Source: Halobacteriales archaeon (lineage in GTDB: Archaea > Halobacteriota > Halobacteria > Halobacteriales > SKSH01). From it: a stretch of DNA of 64,000 nt. Each line of letters opens with the position of its first letter. Position 1 is the stretch's first letter. Positions 49,508 to 61,701 of this stretch are shown piece after piece. The stretch covers positions 12,234 to 76,233 of the forward strand of contig JBKGZP010000001.1 in NCBI GenBank assembly GCA_046543335.1, given 5' to 3'. A model generated the notes under the pieces. It saw only the letters and a list, made by a program, of their open reading frames with translations. It had not been told where the DNA came from and did not search any database. Made by a program: the position numbers and the translations under genes.

Positions 49508-49732
49508 TCACCGGGTGGTATCGAGGCCGCCGACCCGGTAGATGAGACAGCGTCGAGCGAGGCCGGTCGCGATGAGGATGGTGCCGACGACCAGCGCGAT
49601 GGCGGCGATCCACGCCTCGAGGGCGAGGTAGTCGGCCAGCCCCGTGACGCCGACGACCGCCAGGAGCGCTCCCAGGACGAGGCGGAGCAGGCGGTCCCCG
49701 TCGCCGACGTTGGTGGTGCCGATCCGTGCCAT
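49508..49732 (-). CDS. DUF2892 (YgaP-like) membrane protein
   Basis: NVG..DR..R, TG....C..Y...G..T. Confidence 0.85.
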   Translation of the reverse strand: MARIGTTNVGDGDRLLRLVLGALLAVVGVTGLADYLALEAWIAAIALVVGTILIATGLARRCLIYRVGGLDTTR

Positions 49733-49811
49733 AGCACCGGTACCATCCCCGCGGGGATGACGGTTTCGTCGCCGACACCCGGAACCGGACACCCCTTTAC
49801 CCGTCCGGCCG

Positions 49812-52400
49812 ATGGGACGCCCCGTGTCGACGCCCGAGCACGCCCTCGACCCCGACGAGGTCCTCGAGCGCCTCGAGAGCGATCGCTCGGGGCTGCCGTC
49901 GACCGAGGCGACGCGCCGCCTCGAGACGCACGGCCCCAACGAGATCGCCCGGGGGGAGGTGCGCTCGCTGGCGGCCATCCTCGCCGCGCAGTTCGACAAC
50001 TGGCTCATCTGGATCCTGTTCGGTGCGGCGGCGCTGTCGGCCCTGGTGGGCCACCTCGTCGACGCGGTCCTCATCGCGGCGATCCTCGTCGCCAACGGCA
50101 TCTTCGGGTTCGTCCAGGACTACCGGGCGGAGCGAAGCCTCGAGGCGCTGCGCGAGCTGGCCACGCCGTCGGCGACGGTCCTGCGCGACGGCGAGGCGAC
50201 CGAGGTGCTGGAGACGGAGATCGTCCCCGGCGACGTCGTGCGCCTCGAGGCCGGCGACGTCGTCCCCGCCGACGCGCGAATCCTCGACGCGACCGAGCTG
50301 GCCGTCGACGAGGCCGCGTTGACCGGCGAGAGCCTCCCCGTCTCGAAGGGCCCCGCGGCGGTCTCCGCGGGGACCGACCTCGCGGAGCGAACCTCGATGG
50401 TCTACAAGGGCACCAGCGTCGCTCGCGGGCGCGCGACGGCGGTCGTCGCCGCCACCGGCATGGAGAGCGAGCTCGGTCGGATCGCCACGTCGCTCGAGGC
50501 GACTGGCGAGACGGCGACGCCGCTGCAGGTCGAGCTGGACGTCCTCGGCCGACGCCTCGGCCTCGGGGTGCTCGCCCTGTCGGTGGCCGTGGCGGCGCTG
50601 CTCCTGCTCGAAGGGACGGACGCGGTCCAGGCCGCCCTGACGGCCATCTCGCTCGCGGTCGCCGCCGTCCCCGAGGGACTGCCGGCGGTGGTCACCCTCA
50701 CGCTTGCCCTCGGCGTGCGCACCATGTCGGCGGAGCGGGCCCTGGTCCGCCACCTGCCCGCCGTGGAGGGCCTCGGGAGCATCGACGTCATCTGCACGGA
50801 CAAGACGGGAACGCTCACCCGCGGGGAGATGACGGTGGAACGCCTCTGGGTGCCGACCGAGGCGATCGAGGCGGGGGTGGCCGACCTCGAGGACTCCCGG
50901 GTCGACGCGCTCGCGCGGACCGTCGCGCTTTGCAACGACGCCACGGATATCGACGGCGACCCGACCGAGCGAGCCCTGGTCGAGGTGGCCGAGCGCCTCG
51001 GCCTCGACGTGGCGTCACTCCGCGAGCGCCACCACCGCACGGCTGAGGTGCCGTTCTCCTCGGAGGAGAAGTGGATGGGGACCGTCCACGGCGAGGCCGG
51101 TGGACACGTCAAGGGCGCACCCGGGGTCGTCCTCGATCGGTGCTCGCGAGTCCGCACCGCAGACGGAGTGGAGCCGATGACGCCGACGCGCCGCCGACAC
51201 ATCGAGGCGGCCGTCGAGGCCTTCGGTGAGGATGCGCTGCGGGTGCTCGCCGTCGCGCAGGCGCCCGAGGCCGAGTGCCCCGACGACCTCCACGACGAGC
51301 TCACCTTCGTCGGTCTCGCTGGCATGCTGGACCCGCCGCGCGAGGAGGTCCGACAGGCGATCGCGGCCACCCGCGGGGCGGGCATCGAGGTCAAGATGAT
51401 CACCGGCGACAACGCGCGCACGGCCGTCGCCATCGCCGAGGCGGTCGGCATCAAGGCGCACGTCCTCGAGGGACGCGAACTCGAGGCGATGGACGACGAG
51501 GGGCTGCGCGAGCGCGTCGGCGACACGTCGGTCTTCGCCCGGGCGACCCCCGAGCACAAGCTTCGCATCCTCGACGCATTGCAGGCGAACGGCCACCGGG
51601 TCGCGATGACCGGCGACGGCGTCAACGACGCCCCCGCGATCAAGAACGCCGACGTCGGCGTCGCGATGGGCATCCGTGGGACCGAGGTCGCCCGAGAGGC
51701 CTCCGACATCGTGCTCCTGGACGATAACTACGCCACGATAGCGCGGGCCATCGAGCGTGGTCGCGCGGTCTTCGACAACATCTGGAAGTTCGTGGCGTAC
51801 CTCCTCTCGGCAAACGTCGCGGAGGTGGCCATCGTCGTCATCGCCTCCCTGTTCGGCTACCTGATCCTGCCCGCCGTGCAGCTGCTGTGGATCAACCTGC
51901 TGACCGACGGCCTCCCCGCGCTGGCGATCGGGGTCGACCCCGAATCGGGCGACGTCATGGCGCATCCGCCGCGCTCGGCCGACGCGGGCATCATCGGCCA
52001 CCAGATGCTCGCGCTCATCGGTGGCCTCGGTGCGGTCACGACGGCCGTCATGCTCGGGCTCATGTTCGTCGCGCTGGGGGGCGCGGAGACGACGACGGCG
52101 TACGCCATGACGGTGGTCTTCACCGCGTTCGTCGTCGCCGAGTTCGAGAAGCTGTTCGTCATTCGATGGGTGCGCGAGACGCCGACGTGGTCGAACCGGT
52201 TCCTCGGCGTGGCGATCGGCGCCTCGCTCGCGGCCCACCTGGCGATTCTGTACACGCCGCTATCGACCTACTTCGGGACCGTCGCGCTGGGGGTCGAGGG
52301 CTGGGGTCTCATCGCGGTCGCCCTGCTCGTCTGTCTACCGGGGCATCTCGTGGTCGCCATCCTCGCGAGGCGGTTGCCCACGGCCTCGACGGCCGCCTGA
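49812..52400 (+). CDS. P2A-type cation (Ca2+-like) ATPase
   Basis: TGES, PEGL, DKTGT, KGAP, DPPR, TGD, GDGVND, QLLWINL.TDG.PA. Confidence 0.93.
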   Translation: MGRPVSTPEHALDPDEVLERLESDRSGLPSTEATRRLETHGPNEIARGEVRSLAAILAAQFDNWLIWILFGAAALSALVGHLVDAVLIAAILVANGIFGFVQDYRAERSLEALRELATPSATVLRDGEATEVLETEIVPGDVVRLEAGDVVPADARILDATELAVDEAALTGESLPVSKGPAAVSAGTDLAERTSMVYKGTSVARGRATAVVAATGMESELGRIATSLEATGETATPLQVELDVLGRRLGLGVLALSVAVAALLLLEGTDAVQAALTAISLAVAAVPEGLPAVVTLTLALGVRTMSAERALVRHLPAVEGLGSIDVICTDKTGTLTRGEMTVERLWVPTEAIEAGVADLEDSRVDALARTVALCNDATDIDGDPTERALVEVAERLGLDVASLRERHHRTAEVPFSSEEKWMGTVHGEAGGHVKGAPGVVLDRCSRVRTADGVEPMTPTRRRHIEAAVEAFGEDALRVLAVAQAPEAECPDDLHDELTFVGLAGMLDPPREEVRQAIAATRGAGIEVKMITGDNARTAVAIAEAVGIKAHVLEGRELEAMDDEGLRERVGDTSVFARATPEHKLRILDALQANGHRVAMTGDGVNDAPAIKNADVGVAMGIRGTEVAREASDIVLLDDNYATIARAIERGRAVFDNIWKFVAYLLSANVAEVAIVVIASLFGYLILPAVQLLWINLLTDGLPALAIGVDPESGDVMAHPPRSADAGIIGHQMLALIGGLGAVTTAVMLGLMFVALGGAETTTAYAMTVVFTAFVVAEFEKLFVIRWVRETPTWSNRFLGVAIGASLAAHLAILYTPLSTYFGTVALGVEGWGLIAVALLVCLPGHLVVAILARRLPTASTAA

Positions 52401-52523
52401 GCAGGCACCCCCCTCTTCGGTCGCCGAACGGGGGCCGACGCGGGGAGGAACCGTACATCACAGATATATCCATCATAAATTTTATTGTTTGTTCGGGTGA
52501 AGCCATCTGCAGGAGGGCCACCA

Positions 52524-52949
52524 GTGTACGACAACATCCTCATCGCGACCGACGGCAGCGAGATCGCCAAGATCGCTGCCGAGCACGGCATCGAACTCGC
52601 CAAGGCCACTGGGGCCACGGTACACGCGTTGTACGTGGTCGAGACCCAGGCGCACTACATCCTGACCGTGGGCCTCGGCGACGAGGACATGGCCGAGTAC
52701 CGCGAGTACGGCGAAGACGTCGTCGAGAACGTCGTCGAGGTCGCCTCGGACACAGGTATCGACGGCGTCGGCGTCGTGAAGTCCGGCGGCGTGGCCGACG
52801 AGATCGTCGAGTACGCCGAGGAGCACGACGTCGACCTGATCGTCATGGGCGCCACGGGCCGCAGCGCCGTCGACAAGTACCTGATCGGATCGACCGCCGA
52901 GAAGGTGGTGCGCACCGCCGAGTGCCCGGTCCTGACGATCCGAGAGTAG
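52524..52949 (+). CDS. Universal stress protein
   Basis: GTG start after GGAGG; ILIATDGS, MGATGR, IGSTAEKV. Confidence 0.9.
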   Translation: MYDNILIATDGSEIAKIAAEHGIELAKATGATVHALYVVETQAHYILTVGLGDEDMAEYREYGEDVVENVVEVASDTGIDGVGVVKSGGVADEIVEYAEEHDVDLIVMGATGRSAVDKYLIGSTAEKVVRTAECPVLTIRE

Positions 52950-53064
52950 CGGTCCTCGTTCTCATCGGCCCGACTGTCACTGCCGATGGCCTCGTGTCGA
53001 CCCGTCGACGGACCTCGTCGCCGAGCGCGTGAACGGAAAACCCGAATGAGTATCCGACCGTCGG

Positions 53065-54885
<1,821 letters not shown>

Positions 54886-55265
54886 GCTGTACCCCCGTAC
54901 CGGTTGGATTCGACCGTCCCATTCTCATGGTGTTGCTTGAGGTCGTTCGTGCTCGGTGGTTTGCCGTCGATACGTGTCGGTTGGTTGTTATGGCTTATTT
55001 TGGTGGCTTTTGTTCACTATTGGCACCCTGAAACGACTTTTTTGTTTCGGTATCTTGGCATGCGAATGCTGGTTCCACCGTTTCCATCGTGGAATAATAC
55101 CCTCAGCGCGAAAAATCGCCCGACTGCGTCGGGGTCGTGGTCGAGTCGCTCGGCGACCGGTCGGGCGAACTACCTCCGCACGTGTGAGCGAGCATGGGCA
55201 GTTGGTCCCGGTGATAACTGCCGTGAGAAATATCGGCGATACCTGTCACGTTCGGCTAGAACGCC

Positions 55266-55556
55266 CTACCGACCCAACAACAGGAAGAGTCGGCCGAAGC
55301 GGTAGGGCGTCGCCGCCATCGAGACGATGTACATGGGTCCGCACAGCAGGACGAATCCGGCTCCGATAATCATCAGCGGTGCGGCGAGCGTGGGTAGAAA
55401 CGGCATCGAAACGATCGCCAGGATCCACAGGATCGGTCCGATCGCCAGGACGTACCCCGTGAGAAGCAACCCCCGCGATTTCGGGTCGAAGGCGCAGTTC
55501 GGGCACACCTTCGCACCGGTCTCGACGTCGTAGCCGCAGTTGGCACAGGTCTTCAT
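55266..55556 (-). CDS. Small zinc-ribbon membrane protein
   Basis: CANC-x10-CPNC followed by 2 TM. Confidence 0.75.
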   Translation of the reverse strand: MKTCANCGYDVETGAKVCPNCAFDPKSRGLLLTGYVLAIGPILWILAIVSMPFLPTLAAPLMIIGAGFVLLCGPMYIVSMAATPYRFGRLFLLLGR

Positions 55557-55684
55557 GGTGTGCGCCGGGTCGTCCCAGCTACGTCCGCCATTTGCCAGGC
55601 GTTGTCAAGTCCGTTTCGACCCAGCAAGCCGTCCCGCCGGCGGCGTGAACCTATAAGTACTCATTCCGACTGTATCCGGTCACT

Positions 55685-56905
55685 TTGCCATCGGATGCGG
55701 GCGACGCGCCGGGGGAGTCCGCCCTGGAGGTACTCTTCTACCACACCGAACGGATTCGGTTCGTCTACTGGCGGCAGTTCTCCGGGGCGAAGCCCACCGT
55801 CGGCCTCGTCGGTATCGTCGCCATCGTCGCCTTCATCACGGGCCTTTCGAACCTCAGCCAGCCCACCGTCGCCATGGAGGGGCCGGTCGCGGCGGTCGTC
55901 GACGTGCCGGAGGGGCTGGTACGAATCTGGGGCGTCGTCTTCTCGTTCTTGCTCGGCGGCCTCGTGGTGGGACTCAACCGCCGAAAGCGCGTCGTGTGGT
56001 ACGTCACCGTCGCGGTGTTGCCGCTCGCAGGATTGCTCCCGCTCGTCACGTTACAGGTCACCGACGTCCTCCTCCTGTCGCTGGTGGCGGTGGCCCTCCC
56101 GCTCCTGGTCATCAACCGAAACCAGTTCGATCAGAAGGTGGAGCTGTCCCCGATCCAGATCGCTGCACTGTCGTCGATCGTGGGCGTGCTCGCGTACGGG
56201 ACCATCGGCTCGTACGTCATGCGCGAGCAGTACATCGGCATCGAGAACTGGACGGACGCGCTTTATTACGTCATCGTGACTATCGCCACGGTGGGCTATG
56301 GCGACGCGACCCCGCTCACTCAGGAGACCAAACTGTTCACGCTGTCGTTCATCGTCATCGGAACGGGCGCGTTCACCGCCGCGATCGGCTCGTTGCTCAT
56401 CCCCGCCATCGAGTCGCGAATGGCGGCGGCGGTGGGCAACATGACCCCCTCCGAGTTGCGCCTCCTCGAGGACCACGTGCTGGTCCTCGGCTACGGCGAA
56501 CTCACCGACCCGATCCTGGAGGAGCTCCACGACGAGGTCGACCTCGTCGTCGTGACCCCCGACACCGAAGCCGCCTCGATGCTTCGCGACCGGGGACTCA
56601 GCGTGCTCACCGAGGACCCGACGGAGAAGGAGACCCTGCTAGACGCCCGGATCGACGTCGCCCGCGGCGTCGTCGTCGCCACCGAGGACGACGCCGAGGA
56701 CGTGCTGGCCATCATCGCCGTCAAGCAGACGAACCCGGACATCTTCATCGTCGCTGCCGCGAGCGACCGTCACCACGTCGACAAGCTCGAGGACGTCGGG
56801 GCGGACGAGGTCATCAGCCCGACGGTTATCGGTGGGCGGATGATCGGCCAGTCGGTCATCGAGCGAGCCAGGTCGCCACCGGAGACGGGCGACGACGCGG
56901 GCTGA
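55685..56905 (+). CDS. Potassium channel with RCK domain
   Basis: TVGYGD selectivity filter, C-terminal TrkA-N domain; TTG start uncertain. Confidence 0.9.
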   Translation: MPSDAGDAPGESALEVLFYHTERIRFVYWRQFSGAKPTVGLVGIVAIVAFITGLSNLSQPTVAMEGPVAAVVDVPEGLVRIWGVVFSFLLGGLVVGLNRRKRVVWYVTVAVLPLAGLLPLVTLQVTDVLLLSLVAVALPLLVINRNQFDQKVELSPIQIAALSSIVGVLAYGTIGSYVMREQYIGIENWTDALYYVIVTIATVGYGDATPLTQETKLFTLSFIVIGTGAFTAAIGSLLIPAIESRMAAAVGNMTPSELRLLEDHVLVLGYGELTDPILEELHDEVDLVVVTPDTEAASMLRDRGLSVLTEDPTEKETLLDARIDVARGVVVATEDDAEDVLAIIAVKQTNPDIFIVAAASDRHHVDKLEDVGADEVISPTVIGGRMIGQSVIERARSPPETGDDAG

Positions 56906-56977
56906 CCCGTCCCCATCGTTCCACCGGCTAGCGGGGCAACCAACGCAACTTATGGCGAGCGGGGGTCATGGCGTGGC

Positions 56978-58819
56978 ATGGCCATGCACGGGGCCACGCC
57001 GGTCGAGGACGCCCTCAGGCGCCTCCTGTTACCGGTGTGCGTCCTGGCCGGGATGATCATCGTCACCGGCTTCTTCTTCCCCGAGTTCGTGGGCACGGAG
57101 GTCAGCGGCGAGGTCTGGCTGGCCCTGTCGCTCGTCTTCGTCGGCGCGGGACTGGGCTACCTCGCGCTGTTACCACTCGAAGGGGCCGGATCGGAGGCGG
57201 CCACCACGTCGGAGGAGGCCTACCTGCTGCGGATCAGGCGGCTCTCGTTCCGAGCGACGCTCGTCGAGTTCTTCGATCGGCAGGACCCGGTCGCCTTCGG
57301 GGTCCCCGTCGGGGCCATCATCGCGTTCTTCCTCGCCCAGGTGTTCGCGCCCGGGGCGACCCTCGACACCATCGAGGCCGTCCAGGCCGTCTTGCTCGGC
57401 GACCTCGGCTGGCTGTTCATCGGCCCGATGCTCCTCGCGGTCGTCGCCGCGGCGTCGTTGCTCCTGGGACCGTGGGGCGACGTCCGCCTGGGCGGTCCAG
57501 ACGCCGAACCGGTCTACACCTACCCCGTGTACTTCACCATGTTCTTTACCGCCGGCATCGCTGCGGGGATCGTCTTCTGGGGTCCGGCGGAGGCGCTGTT
57601 TCACTACGACAGCCCACCACCGTTTTTCGACGTCGAGCCGCGGTCGGACGCGGCGATCACGGCCGCGTTGACCACGGCCTTGTTCCACTGGGGTGTCTCG
57701 GCCTGGAGCGCCTACATCGCGCTCGGGGTGCCCATCGCGTACTTCGTCTACCAGCGCGACGCCCCCCTGCGCGTCTCCGCGATCCTCACCCCCTTCCTGG
57801 GTATCGACGGTCTCGACGGCGTCTGGGGCCGGCTCGTCGACGTCCTGGCCATCTTCGCCACCATCGGCGGGATCGCCACCTCGGTGGCCCTCGTCGGCCA
57901 GCAGTTCCTCACGGGGATCGCCTATCAGTGGGGTGTCGCGACGGGCGACCTCGGTCCCGTGGTGTTCGTCGCCGGCTTGTCGGCCATCTTCATCCTCTCC
58001 GCGCAAAGCGGGGTCCACCGCGGTATCCGTCGGATCGCCAACGTGAACATCGTCCTCTTCGCGCTCCTCGTCGGGCTTCTCCTCCTGTTCGCCCCTCGAT
58101 CGTTCGTCCTCGCCGAGGGTGGGACGGCGTTGGGGCGGTACGCGACCGAGTTCGTCCCACTCAGTCTCACCTTCGGCGACGAGTGGGTCACCGACTGGAC
58201 CGTCTGGAACTGGGTGTGGTGGTTCTCATGGGCGCCGTTCGCCGGTCTCTTCCTGGCGGCGCTCTCTCGCGGTCGGACGATCCGAACGGTCGTCCTCACC
58301 GGGGTGGTCGCCACCTCGCTGGTGACGATGCTCTGGTTCGTGCTCATGGGGGCAACCTCCTTGCAGCTGCAACATACCGGCGAGGTCGACGTGCTGGCGG
58401 CGATGGCCGCCGAGGGAGGGTCGGAGGCCGTCGCTGGGTTCCCGATCCTCGACGCCCTGCCCCTGAGCGAGCTGCTCATCTTCCTGTTCCTGGGGCTGAT
58501 CATCGTCTTCATGACGACCTCGGCGGACACGTCGACGTTGGCGGTGTCCATCCTCGCCTCGAGGACCCACCTCGCGCCGACGACCGGGGCGATCGTCTTC
58601 TGGGGGATCTTCCAGGGGGTGGTGGCGGTCGCGGTCCTGCTCGTCGACGGCGGGACGGCCCTGCAGACCGCGGCCGTCTTGACCGGCGGCCCCATCGCCG
58701 TGGTGGCCGTCGTCGCGCTGATCGGGCTCGCCGCGTCGCTCCGCGGGGCGGAGGATGCCGACCGAACCGCCCTCGGCGCGCTCTGGGCGATGGTACGCCG
58801 GGCCCGAGGGAGCGACTGA
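56978..58819 (+). CDS. Divergent BCCT transporter with an N-terminal 2-TM extension
   Basis: MFFTAGIAAGIVFWG, FHWG, W.WWFSWAPF.G.FLA.LSRGRT, TSAD. Confidence 0.9.
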   Translation: MAMHGATPVEDALRRLLLPVCVLAGMIIVTGFFFPEFVGTEVSGEVWLALSLVFVGAGLGYLALLPLEGAGSEAATTSEEAYLLRIRRLSFRATLVEFFDRQDPVAFGVPVGAIIAFFLAQVFAPGATLDTIEAVQAVLLGDLGWLFIGPMLLAVVAAASLLLGPWGDVRLGGPDAEPVYTYPVYFTMFFTAGIAAGIVFWGPAEALFHYDSPPPFFDVEPRSDAAITAALTTALFHWGVSAWSAYIALGVPIAYFVYQRDAPLRVSAILTPFLGIDGLDGVWGRLVDVLAIFATIGGIATSVALVGQQFLTGIAYQWGVATGDLGPVVFVAGLSAIFILSAQSGVHRGIRRIANVNIVLFALLVGLLLLFAPRSFVLAEGGTALGRYATEFVPLSLTFGDEWVTDWTVWNWVWWFSWAPFAGLFLAALSRGRTIRTVVLTGVVATSLVTMLWFVLMGATSLQLQHTGEVDVLAAMAAEGGSEAVAGFPILDALPLSELLIFLFLGLIIVFMTTSADTSTLAVSILASRTHLAPTTGAIVFWGIFQGVVAVAVLLVDGGTALQTAAVLTGGPIAVVAVVALIGLAASLRGAEDADRTALGALWAMVRRARGSD

Positions 58820-58830
58820 CTCGTCGGATT

Positions 58831-60096
58831 CTACTCGACGTCCGGGACCCACCCGGCCGGTCGGACGTTGGCGATGGAGGTCTCGTAGCCGGCGTCGGCG
58901 ATCGCGCCGGTGATGTCACGGGCGTGGCGCGAACCGGCAGTCTCGACCTGGAAGACGAGGTACGCCTCGCCGACGGCGAGGTCCTCGACGGCGCGCTCGT
59001 GGCGGACGGTCCGAATGTTGGCGTCGTGCGCGGCCAGGATACCCGCGAGCTCGCTCATCTTACCCGGGACGTCCCTGATCCGAACGCGCAGTTGCAGGAG
59101 TTGCTGGCGCTCGGCGAGGGCGTGATCGAGGACCATCTGCAGCATCGGCATGTCGAGGTTCCCGCCGCTGAGGACGGGGACGACCGTCTCGCCGGCGACG
59201 TCGACGTCCTCGTGCAACATCCCGGCCACCGTGACCGCACCGGCGCCCTCGACGAGTTGCTTCGCGCGCTCCAACAGCAGGAGGATCGATCGGGCGATCG
59301 CCTCGTCGGAGACCTCGACGACGTCGTCGACGTGACGGTCGATCAGCCCGTACGTCAGCTCGGAGATGCCACCCGTGGCGATGCCGTCGGCGATCGTGTC
59401 GACGGCCGCTCGCGATTGGGGGCCGCCCTTGTCGAGGCTGTCGGCGACCGTGGCCGCCGACTCGGCCTGGACCCCGACGACGCGCACCTCGGGGGCGAGG
59501 GTGGCGAGGGCGGTCGAGAGGCCGCCGATGAGGCCACCGCCGCCGATGGGGACGATCACGGTGTCGACGTCGGGGACCTGCTCGTACAGCTCGACCCCGA
59601 GGGTCCCCTGCCCGGCGACGATGAGCGGGTCGTCGTACGCGTGGACGAACGTCGCCTCCGGGTTCGCCTCGGCGAGATCGAGGGCGTGTGCCATCGCGGC
59701 CCGAAAGTCCCGGCCGTGTAGCTCGACCGCCGCACCGTATCCCCGCGTCGCGTCGACCTTCGTCTGGGGGGCGGTCGTGGGCATGACGATCGTCGAGTCG
59801 ATCCCGAGACGGGTCGCGGCGAGCGCGACGCCCTGGGCGTGGTTCCCCGCGCTCGCCGCGATGGCGTGCTCGATGCCGTCGGTCTCGAGCGCGAACCTCA
59901 GCTTGTTGTACGCGCCGCGCGGCTTGAACGAGCCCGTCCACTGGAGGTGTTCCATCTTGAGGAACACGCGGGCGTCGACCATCCTCCCCAGGGAGAAGCT
60001 GCGCTCGATGGGCGTCCGCTTGACGACGGTTCGGTCGTCGAGGCGCTCCAGTGCCGCCTCGATGTCGTCGAACCCCACCGCCGCGCCGTCGGCCAT
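58831..60096 (-). CDS. ilvA: Threonine/serine ammonia-lyase with C-terminal ACT domain
   Basis: TGSFK.RGA, ASAGNHAQG, GGGGL, TIADG, SGGN. Confidence 0.93.
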   Translation of the reverse strand: MADGAAVGFDDIEAALERLDDRTVVKRTPIERSFSLGRMVDARVFLKMEHLQWTGSFKPRGAYNKLRFALETDGIEHAIAASAGNHAQGVALAATRLGIDSTIVMPTTAPQTKVDATRGYGAAVELHGRDFRAAMAHALDLAEANPEATFVHAYDDPLIVAGQGTLGVELYEQVPDVDTVIVPIGGGGLIGGLSTALATLAPEVRVVGVQAESAATVADSLDKGGPQSRAAVDTIADGIATGGISELTYGLIDRHVDDVVEVSDEAIARSILLLLERAKQLVEGAGAVTVAGMLHEDVDVAGETVVPVLSGGNLDMPMLQMVLDHALAERQQLLQLRVRIRDVPGKMSELAGILAAHDANIRTVRHERAVEDLAVGEAYLVFQVETAGSRHARDITGAIADAGYETSIANVRPAGWVPDVE

Positions 60097-60198
60097 CACC
60101 CCCCTCGATGCGGGGGACCCTAAAAAGCATCGGTGGGTCGGATCACCGTCATTGCAGCTTGGGAAATCGGTAAATACCGACGATCGATACCCCCGAGT

Positions 60199-60549
60199 AT
60201 GCCCCCGACTGGCCTCCTGCTCGTCATCTCCGCGGTCAGCCTGGCGTTCGCTCTCTGGGGATCGATCATGGTCGTATATCCGAAGTTGGCCTTCAAGCTC
60301 GAGAACATCCTCCAGCTCCGGTCGGCGGAGTTGAGCTTCCTCGGTCTCATCATGCACAAGAGCGCCGGCGTGCTCCTGATCGCGGTGATGCTCCTCATCC
60401 CACTGTCGTACGGCCTCGTGATCCCCACCATCGCGGGACTCCTCGGGGCGGCCATCCCGCCCGTCTACTACAAGCGCACCCGTGGGGTGTTCGTGGTGCA
60501 GGGTCTCGACGGGGAGGTCACCGGTCCCGACACGTCACGGTTGGTCTAG
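60199..60549 (+). CDS. Small membrane protein
   Basis: 116 aa, about 3 TM; TAAATA box upstream. Confidence 0.65.
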   Translation: MPPTGLLLVISAVSLAFALWGSIMVVYPKLAFKLENILQLRSAELSFLGLIMHKSAGVLLIAVMLLIPLSYGLVIPTIAGLLGAAIPPVYYKRTRGVFVVQGLDGEVTGPDTSRLV

Positions 60550-61439
60550 GGGAGCGAGAGATCGATCCCTTCGAGCTCGCCGGCCGCCTTCACGGCGTTC
60601 CAAAGCAGCATCGTGATCGTCATTGGTCCGACACCACCGGGCACGGGCGTGATCGCCCCGGCGACCTCCTTGGCCCCCTCGAAGTCCACGTCGCCGACGA
60701 GTTCGTAGCCCTGCTCGTTGTCGGCCTCGACGCGGTTGACGCCGACGTCGATGACGGTCGCCCCCTCGGCGATCATGTCGGCGGTGACGAACCGCGGTCG
60801 ACCGACGGCAACGACCAGGATGTCGGCCCGACGGGTCTTCTCGGCGAGGGCTCGCGTCCGCGAGTGACAGACCGTCGTGGTGGCGTTGCCCTGGGGGCCC
60901 TTCTGGAACAGGAGGTTGGCCATCGGCTTGCCGACGATGTTCGACCGACCGACGACGACGGCGTCGGCCCCCTCCGTCTCGACGTCGGCCGCGGCGAGCA
61001 GCCGCTGGATGCCGTGTGGCGTCGCGGGCTTGAAGCGCGCCTCGCCGGCGACGAGGCGACCGACGTTCTCGGGGTGAAACCCGTCGACGTCCTTGCGCGG
61101 GTCGACGTGTTCGAGGATGGCGCCGTCGTCGACGTGGTCCGGCACGGGCATCTGCACGAGGATGCCGTGCACGTCGGGGTCCTCGTTGAGCTCGGTCACC
61201 GTCTCGAACAGCGCCTCGGCCGGCTCGTCGGGATCGATCTCCCGATGGATGCCGTTGATGCCGACCTCCTCGCAGGCCCGTTGCTTCATCGAGACGTACG
61301 TCGAGCTGGCGGGGTCCTCGCTCATGAGCACCGTGGCCAGCCCCGGCGTCACGCCGTGGCCCTCGAGCTCCGCGATGCTGTCCTCGAGGTCGGCTCGGAT
61401 GGCATCGCCGACGGCGTTGCCGTCGATGATGTCGGTCAT
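60546..61439 (-). CDS. folD: Methylenetetrahydrofolate dehydrogenase/cyclohydrolase
   Basis: YV..K, GILVQ.P, KDVDG.HP.N, GRSNIVGKP, DVG.N, TPVPGGVGPMT. Confidence 0.97.
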   Translation of the reverse strand: MTDIIDGNAVGDAIRADLEDSIAELEGHGVTPGLATVLMSEDPASSTYVSMKQRACEEVGINGIHREIDPDEPAEALFETVTELNEDPDVHGILVQMPVPDHVDDGAILEHVDPRKDVDGFHPENVGRLVAGEARFKPATPHGIQRLLAAADVETEGADAVVVGRSNIVGKPMANLLFQKGPQGNATTTVCHSRTRALAEKTRRADILVVAVGRPRFVTADMIAEGATVIDVGVNRVEADNEQGYELVGDVDFEGAKEVAGAITPVPGGVGPMTITMLLWNAVKAAGELEGIDLSLP

Positions 61440-61701
61440 GGGCGAGCCACCCCCGGGCGACGCGGATCGGTCGACGGGCGGTCGGTGGGGGTCGAGTCGG
61501 GGGAACGCGCGCGGTGCATGGTTCGCTCGCCCGCGGTGGTTGCCCGCCGGCCGGGCCCGCGGGCCGACCCGGCCGCCCGGGGGTGATGCCCCAGTGCTGC
61601 CTCCGGTCGACCCTTCGCGCGGGCGATACAAACGCCCTCCGAATCCTCGACGTCGCGCGCGGTTGGCCGCGCTTATCATCTCGGCCCCGATAGCCGGGGG
61701 C

